Below, piece by piece: positions 21,484-31,013 of a stretch of DNA of 31,697 nucleotides. The notes beneath the pieces were generated by a model. It was not told where the DNA came from, made no database searches, and was given only the letters and a program-made list of their open reading frames with translations. The stretch spans positions 67,500 through 99,196 of the forward strand of contig NIVC01003025.1 in assembly GCA_002269645.1 (NCBI GenBank). The letters run 5' to 3'. Each line of letters opens with the position of its first letter. Position 1 is the first letter of the stretch. Source of the DNA: Macrostomum lignano (lineage: Eukaryota). The translations under genes and the position numbers were made by a program.

Positions 21484-22124
21484 GGTAAAAACAAGCGCGA
21501 AAATGCAGCAGTCTAAATGCTACTTAGACTTTATACGAATCATTTTCACCAAGAAAATTTTTATTGCGCGCAGTGAGGAGATTTTCGCACAGGAATACCA
21601 ATAAAAGTTTTTCATTTGCCCTTCGGGTACAAATGCAGTTTTCTAAAAAGCAACAAAATTTGCTAAAATCACAAACCCAGAGAGACTCGCGTCTTTATAC
21701 ACCACAAAATTGTTGTATAAAATACTCCAATTGAAAAAACCAATGATATAGTCACAACTTAAATTGTTGGCCCCGCCAATTACAACCCATCCTAAAAATA
21801 CTTCTAAAAAGAAGATAAAAAATTAATGCAGCAGAACCGTTTATGGCATGCTGTTATTTCCTATCATGTCAATGAAAGTAATAATTTTTTCCGCAATTCT
21901 GCGCAAGAATTCTGCGAAAATCACGTTACTGAAACGTGATTTTCAGTAAAACATTCAAGAAAAATGTTGTTAACGTTTTCTACTCCGTATAAGCCCTTGT
22001 GTGTTTTCCTTTTTGCCAAATGATCGTTGCCAGTGAACAACTGACATATTTTTGGATCCAGGGTATTCACTAAAATAATACGAAGAAAATAGCAGAATAG
22101 CAAAAATGTGCCCATGCTAATTCA

Positions 22125-24700
22125 TCAACTCGGCACCTCTGGATAAACAGTGTTCGTAGTTTATCCGCCAATAACCTTCCCGAACGTTGACAGCGTCTTT
22201 GGCTCGAGACAATGCCGTATATACTCGTAGTCGGCCATGCGTAAATCAACCCCAACGGTCAGATGAACTCCGTCAGCGACTGACCCTGAGCCTTGTGAAT
22301 ATTAAGGCAGAAACTGGGCCTCACTGAAAACTGTAGCGTAGCCGCTTGAAGGTTATGGGCACGTCGGTGTTTGTGGGGCTCAAAGGAATGCGTGGCAACA
22401 ATAGTTGTTCACCGTTGTATTGTCTGGCTACTTCTTGGCACCGCAAGGTGTCGCTATGTCTAGCAGTTTTTGCCGTGTGCCGTTGTAGAGCCTGGGCGGG
22501 TTAAAGTTGCGCATCAGCACCAGTGGCATGTCCACCTTGAAGCGCATCCGATGCTTTGGCAAGTTCGGCACTTCCAGGCTGTTTAAAACTTCCGGGAGAA
22601 ACCGCGCGCGTGGCTTCGTTTTCGCTTGACGAACTGTCTGCGGACCGGTACTCCCGGGCCACTCCTGGAAGCGCCAGACAATCACCGTTGATTTTGTTGA
22701 CAATTTAGTTGTAAGGAGCCAGTATAGCCCGAGTGGCAAAGTAGGCATTCCTCTCCTAGGGCTGGTTAAAAGACTGGCACACGGCTCAAATAAGATGTTC
22801 CGTCGAGTTATCTGATGGTAGAATGATGTCTGATGATAGGGCTATGTAGCCAGTACTGTCTTCAGGGGTGCAACCTGAACCAACCTGAAATTTATTACGA
22901 AAACTCGGTGCTACCAAAGATAGTTGATATTAAAGTTTTTTAAGTTTTAAGTTTGTTTAGTTATGTCGCAAAAAGTATTAATGTGATTTAACCACTTTTT
23001 GTAAATTTTGTTCGACAGGCGCCTAAAGACTGCAAAAAAACGAAATCCAGCTATTACGGCACATTCCCGCAAATCATCTTAAGAGAAAAAAAGAAAACCA
23101 ATCAGAAGAATAAACTTTGCGTATTGCTGACGCAGTTCTGCGTCCGGGCCTCCAGCTTGCGGAATGTTTTTTTCGACGGGTTAGGGTTAGCGCACGCCAT
23201 CACGCTGTTTGCCCGTGTCCTATGCTGCACCACCAGCAAAACCTGGCGGAAGTCGAAGAGGGATTGATGCTCTCGGATATCCCGTAGACTCTGATCAACG
23301 GCTTCCAGGTCTCTTCGGTCCGTGATAGTGATAATGTAGATACTTCGTCCCATACAATCAAACGGGTTTGACGAGATGTGCAGCTTGCCTGGACTGCACT
23401 CGCACGGAACAGACGTCAGAGTGTCCGTGTGCATCTATCTCTAAACCGGGCTTTGAACCTGAGCAAACAATTTTTATTTATTTATTGAATGTATTACTTT
23501 TTTGCTTAGAAGAATGGAAATAGAAAGCAAGTTTCATAAAACAAAAACTAAATATATTGCGACGTAATTTAGAAATGCAGCTGCTTAAAAATGAAGCAGT
23601 TTTATTTCTTTTGTAATAACAAAATAATATAGTAAACGTAATAATGAAATGAAAATAACTCGCGTTGAGTGCGCAGTCTGCCCGCTAGGCAACAGGGTGG
23701 AAACAATATCCGAGAAAGCTATGACGTGAGCGACTTCACCGCGACTGCGAACAAAAGCCAGTAGTACCTCCAATATAAAGTTTTTCCAGTAGCAGGAGCA
23801 TCTACGAAGTGCAATCCGCCGTAGTCACTTCTGATGTCATTTAAGCAATGAAGCGCGATCATTACATTTCTGCCTGTTCTTGCATTAAATTGCAGCGGCG
23901 CAAGCTGGGGCAGAGAAAAGGCTTCGGCAGGTCATAGTCGCTCAAAGTGCGATCACTCATAGAAGTTGACAGCACTTGGAGCTCACGAACCGCGAGGTCT
24001 TCTATCTCCTCGATGCTGAAATCTGGGGGAAACGGAGGTCCTTGCACAAGTCGTCTGCAAACTCGCGTCAAAGTTTCTGACCATCGTGCGGTCACCCCAA
24101 ATGACAAAATAAGATGACGCAACACATTCGGCATACGTGACAGAGCGGCCTCTTCAGGCAGAACTGCCAGTGGTTTTCATGCTGAAGCAGACCTTGGGCT
24201 TGGCAAGCAGCCTTAAATGTGTAAAAAACACTGTCTGTAGTAAGCAATGCTTCATAGCCAGTAGGACCTTTCACGTGAAGCAGCAGCATTTGCATATAGA
24301 ATTTTTTTTTTGTTGTTCAGCTTTAGATTAAAAAAATAAGTACAGACTTGTAAGTTTTTTAAAGCTTTAGTTGTTTTTTATTGTTGCAAACGAATAGTCT
24401 TTCAAAAAAACTATAGGCTTTTTAAGGTGAAAAAAGCAAAATAAAAAATTGCTTAGCACAAATGAACGAAAAAATAGGAACAAACGTTTTTTTGTTTCAC
24501 ACAAAATTGTTCCAGTACAATCATATTTGAAAAAAAGGAAACGCATTTTGCAGTTTTGCTGCGCGTGAGTTTCTTCTTAATTCGTGAGTCGCCATGTCGC
24601 CGCTCTTTAGTAGATATTTAACGACGTACTTGACCGAATGCACACTGGCGCTTACTTCGATATTAAAATTAGCAGGCGAACTTAATTATCAAAGAATATA
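22125..24700 (-). mobile_element. Decayed Helitron RepHel (end of Rep plus Pif1-type helicase), with introns, antisense in CEP19 intron 1
   Basis: Ordered motifs: NIEVSASVHSVKYVVKYLLKSGD; FYMQMLLLHVKGPTGY..TFKAAC..GLL; FVDAPATGKT; LLPSGQTAHS|TFK; IVWDE; EAVDQSLRDI..DFRQ; RAILAPYN; LNSL..LP.H..K..P.VLMRNFNPPRLYNGTR; LPRIPLSP; IHKAQGQSL; HGRL.VYTALSR; TNTVYPEV. Confidence 0.93.
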
Positions 24701-24778
24701 CTAACTTTTCATGCAATCTTTTAAAAAGTCAGCAAACAATATTTGGTTACAATTAACAAATCTAAATTGTCTCTGCAG

Positions 24779-24982
24779 GACAAGCGACACGGCGATCTCA
24801 TCTGTCAGCTCAGCCAGCTGCAGCTCGAACGCCTGCTGTCCATCCTGCGCGATGTGACAGTGAACGGCCTCAGCAAAGAGCAGAGTCTGGATAAACAGCG
24901 CCAGATGGAGCAAATCGATCCGCTAGAGGATCCTAACAAAGTTGACGAGGAGACACTGCAGAGGAAGAAGGCTGCCATGCAG
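24779..24982 (+). CDS. CEP19: CEP19 exon 2
   Basis: TGTCTCTGCAG|GAC acceptor; RH..QLSQLQLERLL..L...IDPLEDPNKVDEETLQRKKAAM matches the CEP19 core (IDPEEDLNKLDDKEL..RKSIM); CAG|GTGCGG donor, phase 0. Confidence 0.93.
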
Positions 24983-25017
24983 GTGCGGCAACTGGGTCTT
25001 CGTAATTGGGTTTTTTG

Positions 25018-25160
25018 TCGGTTTCTTCCCATCATCATTTGGATATTTTGCGTTTCTTCCCATCGTCATTGGGATATTTGCGGCTTCTTCCCATCCCATC
25101 ATTGGATATTTTGCAGTTTTCCCATCTATCATTGGGATGTTTTGCGGTTTCTTCCCATCA
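25018..25160. repeat. Degenerate ~31-33-bp tandem repeat (~4.5 copies) in CEP19 intron 2
   Basis: Recurring GTTTCTTCCCATC(A/G)TCATT(G/T)GGATATTTTGC. Confidence 0.85.
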
Positions 25161-25385
25161 CTTGCACTTTAAAATAGGCATATTTAATAATTTCATTTCA
25201 ATCCTTTGAATTTGGATTAGTTATGTTTTCCTATCGTGTTGATTCAGCTATTGGAATAATAAAGGCTGGGCCTTTTCCAATTAAGCACTCTGTGCCATTC
25301 TAAAGTCAAGTACAGCTGAGCACACGCCCTCCTCTTATCGTATTGGTCCAATATCTGTGCCTTGCCTTCCTGGGCAATTTTGCAG

Positions 25386-25520
25386 GAACAATTCGAGAAG
25401 CACCAGTTGAAACCGGGTGACCCTGGCTACATCTACGACAAGGAGGTGGACTTCAGCGCCGATGCGGGCACAGTCGAGCACTGCGAATGGGACTCAGAAG
25501 ACGACCAGAGCGGATTCTAG
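25386..25520 (+). CDS. CEP19: CEP19 exon 3
   Basis: TTTTGCAG|GAA acceptor; EQFEKHQLKPGDPGYIYDKEVDF..CEWDSEDDQSGF* matches the CEP19 C-terminus (FEKN..K.DDP.FVYD.EV.F..WD). Confidence 0.94.
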   Translation, partial: EQFEKHQLKPGDPGYIYDKEVDFSADAGTVEHCEWDSEDDQSGF

Positions 25521-25789
25521 TGCTTCACCTATTATTTTAGCTGCGTCATTTTCATCTTATTTATTCCCTAACAAGCATATATTTGTGCAGTCTGGGTTCA
25601 TGGTCTATGAATTTGTATTTTGCTAACGCGTCAAGGTCGCTTATTTATACTTTACTTGAAAGGCTCTCGTCTATTCCGAGTTCCCGTCCCTATAGTTCGC
25701 CAGGCGTCAGATAGTTTTTCGGACCGCCTTTCGCATGGATCGATGTGAAAAACATACTGTATATAACGTCTGTCGTTGACTAAAACGTA

Positions 25790-26963
25790 CCCGTTGAAAA
25801 CGTTACCGTGACAAGAATCGCTAAAAATCTGTTTAAAGAGTCATTTTAAACAACTCATCAGTGAACTCTAGCGACTTTAGGGCAACTCTTCGGATTTTTT
25901 AACAACTCAAACGACTGTGATGCGATGGAGAGGCGACTGTTGAGTCACAAGCGTATCACGTGAGTTGTAAAATCGTTAAAATAGTCGTCCAGAAGTTTTT
26001 GTGTTAGCAATTAACTTTCTAGGCGAAATATTTTAAAATATATGGGTTATTGTTCTTCTTCTGGTCTCTCACTTCTATGGCTCTTGTTCTACTTCAAATA
26101 TCAATGTGAGAGCCAAATACTCGTAACTGAGGCGGCGGATTCAACTGACTTTTCCTGATGATGCAAACACTTGATGGTAACTTACAGACCGTTGTATTTG
26201 ATGGTCACAATCTCGAGATGTTATCTTAAAAAATATAAGGTCTAAGATGGAATTCCAAATAAGAAGCTCGTTTTGTTCGAGTCCAAGGGGTTTCTAAGTG
26301 TTGGGGAACCGAAGGTTCAGTCTATTGTGGAACGTGGTTGTTGTTGTTTTAGTTTTAGTGAGTCAATTTATCAGTTTTAGTGTTTGGGTCGAGACCCTGG
26401 CAGTGTCAATCAAAAGTAGTTAGAATAGCGAGAAGGGAGAAGAGAGGCGAAAGAGAGGCGAGGCCAGGGAGGCGCGAGCTTCTTGGTTGGTTAACATGAG
26501 CTTTTATAGTACTTTTCAGTCTTAATCGCATTGGATGGTACATAACTGTTTTTCATTGGTTGAGGTTGGGGTCGTGTCCTCAGCTTTTGCTAGTTGGAGC
26601 GCATTCGTTGGTTAAAATACATTCCAATGGGAACTTTCTAGAGCCAAAATGTGTCACTTCACAGGTAGACGAATAGAGTTGTTTTCAATTCGTAAGTTGA
26701 AAACGCGACTCAGTGATTCCACAGCGACTCCAGCACGCCTCGGAAATAACTCTACGGCCCCAGAGTCGCAGACAATAAAACGTCTCATATTGACTCTTAG
26801 GCGACTCTTTAGCGACTTGTACCGTGACGTCTCGTTGTTTTAAAGAGTCATCTGGAGTCACTTTTTTCCTATTTTACCTGTGTTACTTGCAAATTGCAAC
26901 CACTCTGGGGCGACGCAAGTGACTCAATGACGCTTCTTGGCGTAGGTACCGTTTTCATCGACC
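25790..26963. mobile_element. GACTC/GAGTC-rich TIR element (MITE-like) with an unrelated ~0.65-kb internal segment
   Basis: TGAAAACGTTACC (25795-25807) is inverted at GGTACCGTTTTCA (26945-26957), with TA just outside both ends. Segments ~25790-25975 and ~26650-26760 recur at ~30765-31010. Confidence 0.6.
26501..26559 (-). promoter_or_regulatory. CCAAT-CCAAT-TATA module (LTR U3-like), minus strand
   Basis: Minus strand CCAAT (26559-26555), CCAAT (26534-26530) and TATAAAAG (26508-26501), followed by a pyrimidine-rich leader. Confidence 0.4.
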
Positions 26964-27920
26964 TATGTTAAAGTTTCCTAAACTTTTTTCACATTTTTGA
27001 ATTCCCTTCTTTACTTCACATTGTCTATCTCTATTCTATAACGAGTATGTATAAGTTTTTTATATTGCTAATTAATTCTAACGATATATGATTACACTGT
27101 GTCTGTGTAAACGCGATTTCACATTTGCTGTGATTTTTATCTTTTATCTGTTTCATAATCCGTCCCGTAGTGGTTATGTAATTTTTTCAAACAATATAAT
27201 GTGCAGCTATTTTTTCCGGTAATTTTTCTCTTATTTTACTTTGTATTAGAGGCAGTGGGAACTTTTAGCGACATTGTCACGTACGCAGTCATACGCACAG
27301 GCACACACTCACACAGGAGTGTACAGCAGCCCTAACTTTATTTATCGTTAGGCATGTACACTTCACTGTGCCTTGGGGGTTGGTCCTCAAGGCCGTTAAT
27401 TGCACGAGCAGAGCCAAGCCGAGATTCCAATTTGGCCCCAAATTAATGCGACTGCACTTGGAATCGAGCTAGAGCACAAGGCTACGGCTCCCTTATTATT
27501 ATTTTACTTTATACGCAATTATGAAATTATATTCACAGATACTACTAGAATAACTAGATGGGCCACTCAGCACATTAGCGTGTAAACTACTTCCAGTTCA
27601 GTAGCAAGTTAAACAGAAGCATTTTAATGTACTTTTAAAGCCATGGCTCATTTATTTACTCTTAAACCCTCCAACCGCACCTTTCCAACACTTTCCCCGC
27701 CCCGCCCCAATTTTTATTGCCTTTCTCGGAATTCCAGCCTAAAGCTGCCATGTACATTTCAGTGGACTGGCTAATGTACATTATTGCTGAACCAATTAGC
27801 AGGTAACGTAAAAAATTACATCTTGTTCATTAATTTCAATACCCTGTTACAGATGCCATCGTGAAGCGATTAATCAATTAGATCTATAGTAAAAATAATA
27901 ATATTAACTATTCGACCAGC

Positions 27921-28391
27921 ATGTCCTCTTCGTCTTCGCCAAAGCGACCGCGCCTGCGGCTGGAGCTGCCACCGTCCGCCAGTTGCTCCGCTTTTGACAC
28001 CTTCAGGAGCGGCGGCGGCAACCTCGCCATCTCCCGCCAGCGCTCCGAGCAGGCGCCGCCATCGGCTGCTACGCCGGCCCGCCGGCTGTGGCTCTGCCCT
28101 GACGACGATCTCGGCAGGCAGGCGGCGGACAGAGCGTCCGAAGAGCGAAGCCAGTTATGGACTGACAGGTACGGACCGGCTAGCACAGAGGAGCTCTGCT
28201 TGCACAAGAAAAAATTGCTAGAATTGGAGGCCTGTCTGAGCTGCAGGCCTCGGCTGGTCTTCGTGCACGGCCCGTGCGGAGCGGGCAAGTCCGTTGCTGT
28301 GCGGCTGCTGTGCGACCGCCTGCGGCTGGGCTCGGCTTACCTGGATGAGGAGCTGGACGCCTGCGCTAACGGCCCGGCCGAGGCCATGCAG
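27921..28391 (+). CDS. RAD17: RAD17 checkpoint clamp loader, exon 1; model join(27921..28391,28690..28944,29573..29951,30305..30725), ~509 aa if four single-base gaps are restored
   Basis: WTDRYGPASTEELCLHKKKLLEL (Rad17 WxxKY.P..EL.VHKKK), Walker A GPCGAGKS, phase-0 donor CAG|GTGAGA. Confidence 0.92.
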
Positions 28392-28517
28392 GTGAGAGGA
28401 GCACAGGCCTCGTATAATCAGTGCTGAGGCGTTTCTAGCCGGCGTGGGTGTTGCTGTCAGTGTCCGTGTGGATTATTCTCCTGTTATCTCTTCTCTCCCT
28501 GTAATAGCCTCTTATCT

Positions 28518-28520
<3 letters not shown>

Positions 28521-28551
<31 letters not shown>
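28521..28551. repeat. (CT)n microsatellite with a degenerate CTCTA/ATCT pyrimidine tract filling RAD17 intron 1
   Basis: About 15 CT units, then repeated ATCTCCCTCT/ATCTCTA variants to ~28665. Confidence 0.9.
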
Positions 28552-28553
<2 letters not shown>

Positions 28554-28689
28554 ATTTCTAATCTCCCTCTATTATCCCCCTATCTCTAATCTCCCTCTAA
28601 TATTCTCCCTTCTCTAATTTCCATCTATTATACCTGTATCTCTAATCTCTCTCTATTATCTCATCATCTATGCTATCACCCCATCCTAG

Positions 28690-28944
28690 GCCCTGATTCG
28701 CCTGGCCAGATTCCGCCAAGCCCGCGTCATCGTGTGGGACGAGCCGACCCTGTCACTTTCATTTGCCGACCAGCAGCAGCAACAGCTGAAGTTTGGCTCA
28801 TCGTCTGGCGACACTGCAGCTTTGCGGGCTCTGCTAGACGAGTTTCTGGCCAGATGCCTCGATGTGTGCCTGGTACTGATCAGCTGCAATGACCGCCTGT
28901 TGCCCAGGGACTGGCTGGAGGACAATAATGCGACCTTAGTGCAG
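28690..28944 (+). CDS. RAD17: RAD17 exon 2
   Basis: CCATCCTAG|GCC acceptor; Walker B-like VIVWDEP; CLVLIS; CAG|GTTGTG donor; 255 nt, phase 0 at both ends. Confidence 0.85.
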
Positions 28945-28971
28945 GTTGTGGCTTCTGAGTATTTTATTTGT

Positions 28972-29545
28972 TAGATTTGAAGTCTCGAGTATGGGATGTG
29001 TCAGATCTGAAGTCTCACCTTGAGTATGGGATGTGTCAGATCTGAAGTCTCACTTTGAGTATGGGATGTGTCAGATCTGAAGTCTCACCTTGAGTATGGG
29101 ATGTGTCAGATCTGAAGTCTCACTTTGAGTATGGGATGTGTCAGATCTGAAGTCTCACCTTGAGTATGGGATGTGTCAGATCTGAAGTCTCACTTTGAGT
29201 ATGGGATGTGTCAGATCTGAAGTCTCACCTTGAGTATGGGATGTGTCAGATCTGAAGTCTCACCTTGAGTATGGGATGTGTCAGATCTGAAGTCTCACTT
29301 TGAGTATGGGATGTGTCAGATCTGAAGTCTCACCTTGAGTATGGGATGTGTCAGATCTGAAGTCCCACTTGAGTATGGGATGTGTCAGATCTGAAGTCTC
29401 GTCTTCAGTATGGGATGTGTCAGATCTGAAGTCTCATTCTGAGTATGGAATGTGTCAGATCTGAAGTCTCATCTTGAGTATGGGATGTGTCAGATCTGAA
29501 GTCTCGTCCTAAGTATGGAATGTGTCAGATCTGAAGTCTCGTCTT
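28972..29545. repeat. 35-bp minisatellite, ~16.4 copies, filling RAD17 intron 2
   Basis: Unit TGAGTATGGGATGTGTCAGATCTGAAGTCTCAC(C/T)T; period 35 (29021, 29056, ...). Confidence 0.97.
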
Positions 29546-29572
29546 AAAGTCTCGACCCGCTGTAATCCCCAG

Positions 29573-29951
29573 GTCAATCCGGTGGCTCGCACCCAGCTAA
29601 TCCGCAGTCTAAACGCCATCCTGACTAAGCGCCACCTTCGCCCAGCCTCCTACAAGTCGCTAATCGAATCCGTGGCCGCCGCTGCCGACGGTGACATTCG
29701 AGCCGCCGTATCCGGACTGCAGTTTAGCCTGCAATTCGCGCTATGCACTGCTGGCATAGTGCAGGCAGCGTGGCCAAATCGGTGCTGTTCAGAGACACGC
29801 CCTATCAGCTGTTCCACGCTGTCGGCAAACTGCTGCACGCTAAACGAGTCGAGACGGCACAGGCAGCGGCCTTGCGCCTCTCGTTGATGAACCTGAAGTT
29901 GTGTCCGAGCGCTGCAGCCTACCCGTTGACCTGCTGCTCTCCTTTGTTCAG
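29573..29951 (+). CDS. RAD17: RAD17 exon 3, with two apparent single-base deletions
   Basis: VNPVARTQLIRSL..DGDIRAAVSGLQF; next frame RDTPYQLFHAVGKLLHAKR; next frame EPEVVSERCSLPVDLLLSFVQ; all are recognisable Rad17 blocks. Length 379+2 nt restores phase 0; donor CAG|GTGAGG. Confidence 0.85.
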
Positions 29952-29996
29952 GTGAGGACCGTGTTTTAATCGATTAGGAAGTCAGGGGTCTTGCTA

Positions 29997-30222
29997 TTAT
30001 AGCGGCTCTTGGCCTAGGGACCGGGGTCTAGCCACAGGTATACAGCAGCTTCTGGCATAGGGACCGGGGTCTAGCCACAGGTATACAGCAGCTTCTGGCA
30101 TAGGGACCGGGGTCTAGCCACAGGTATACAGCAGCTTCTGGCATAGGGACCGGGGTCTAGCCACAGGTATACAGCAGCTTCTGGCATAGGGACCGGGGTC
30201 TAGCCACAGGATACAGCGGCTT
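29997..30222. repeat. 43-bp minisatellite, ~5 copies, in RAD17 intron 3
   Basis: Unit TAGGGACCGGGGTCTAGCCACAGGTATACAGCAGCTTCTGGCA at 30015, 30058, 30101, 30144 and 30187. Confidence 0.96.
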
Positions 30223-30304
30223 TTGATTTGCGGCAGTTCCCGAAGCCCCTGCAAATTAACTAACCAGCCTTCCTCTCATTGTCCCGGTTATTGATCTCTT
30301 CCAG

Positions 30305-30725
30305 GCCAACGCTGCAGTGCACTTCTCCAGCGAGGCTGTTGAACCCTTAGCCAGAATGTCGGACGACTTCAGCCTGGCCGACCGGCTCTCGGCCGCCTGG
30401 ACCACCGAGTCGGACGCGAAGCCGCAGGCCATCTCTCTGGCCAGCCGGTCTCTCGTCTGCCGCCTGGTCGGTTCGAACCGCGCACCCAACGGTTTCTACC
30501 GATTCGAAAGCCGCACAAGTTGCCGCCAGCCGCCACTTGGGCCACCGCCGCCGCGGCCAGGACCGGAGTGGATGCCTTCTACACCCCTGCATGCCTCCGC
30601 TCCGGCTGGCCGCCTCGGCGAGGTCGGCTGCTGCTGCTCGGAGCGGCAGCGGCGGTGCTCAGTTTGTGATCTGCCCGGAGCCCGACCTGGAGCTGGAGGC
30701 CACCATTGAGGATGATGATGACTAA
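30305..30725 (+). CDS. RAD17: RAD17 exon 4 (terminal), with two apparent single-base deletions
   Basis: CTCTTCCAG|GCC acceptor; ANAAVHF..MSDDFSLADRL (human QNYIDFF..ASEFLSFADIL); GFYRFE+KP after one shift; acidic tail LEATIEDDDD* after a second. Length 421+2 = 423 nt. Confidence 0.8.
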
Positions 30726-30764
30726 GACAGGCGCAGATTCTATACCGACAGAGTTTGTTCTATC

Positions 30765-31010
30765 CTGTTGAAAACGTTACCGTGACTAAGAGTCACTGCA
30801 AACAGCTCACTAGTGACTCTTGTGACTTTTTAACGACTCAAGCGACAGTAATGCGATGGAGAGGCGACTTTTGAGTCACTCAAGTAGACTAAATGGAGTT
30901 GTTATCAGTTCGAAATATGATTCGAATTCATAAAGTGACGCAGGTGCACTTCGCAACTCAGTGAGTCTACAGCGACTCCAGCACGCCTCAGATACGACTC
31001 CACCGCCCCT
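30765..31010 (+). mobile_element. Second, truncated copy of the GACTC-rich element
   Basis: GTTGAAAACGTTACCGTGAC, TGCGATGGAGAGGCGACT and ACAGCGACTCCAGCACGCCTC are shared with 25790-26760. Confidence 0.75.
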
Positions 31011-31013
31011 GCG

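Noticed and set aside
27370-27393. 9-bp GC-rich hairpin GCCTTGGGG-GTTGGT-CCTCAAGGC as a Helitron 3' end or terminator
   Set aside because: No CTRR within ~15 nt on either strand, it is on the wrong side of the Helitron, and intrinsic terminators do not apply to this eukaryotic context.
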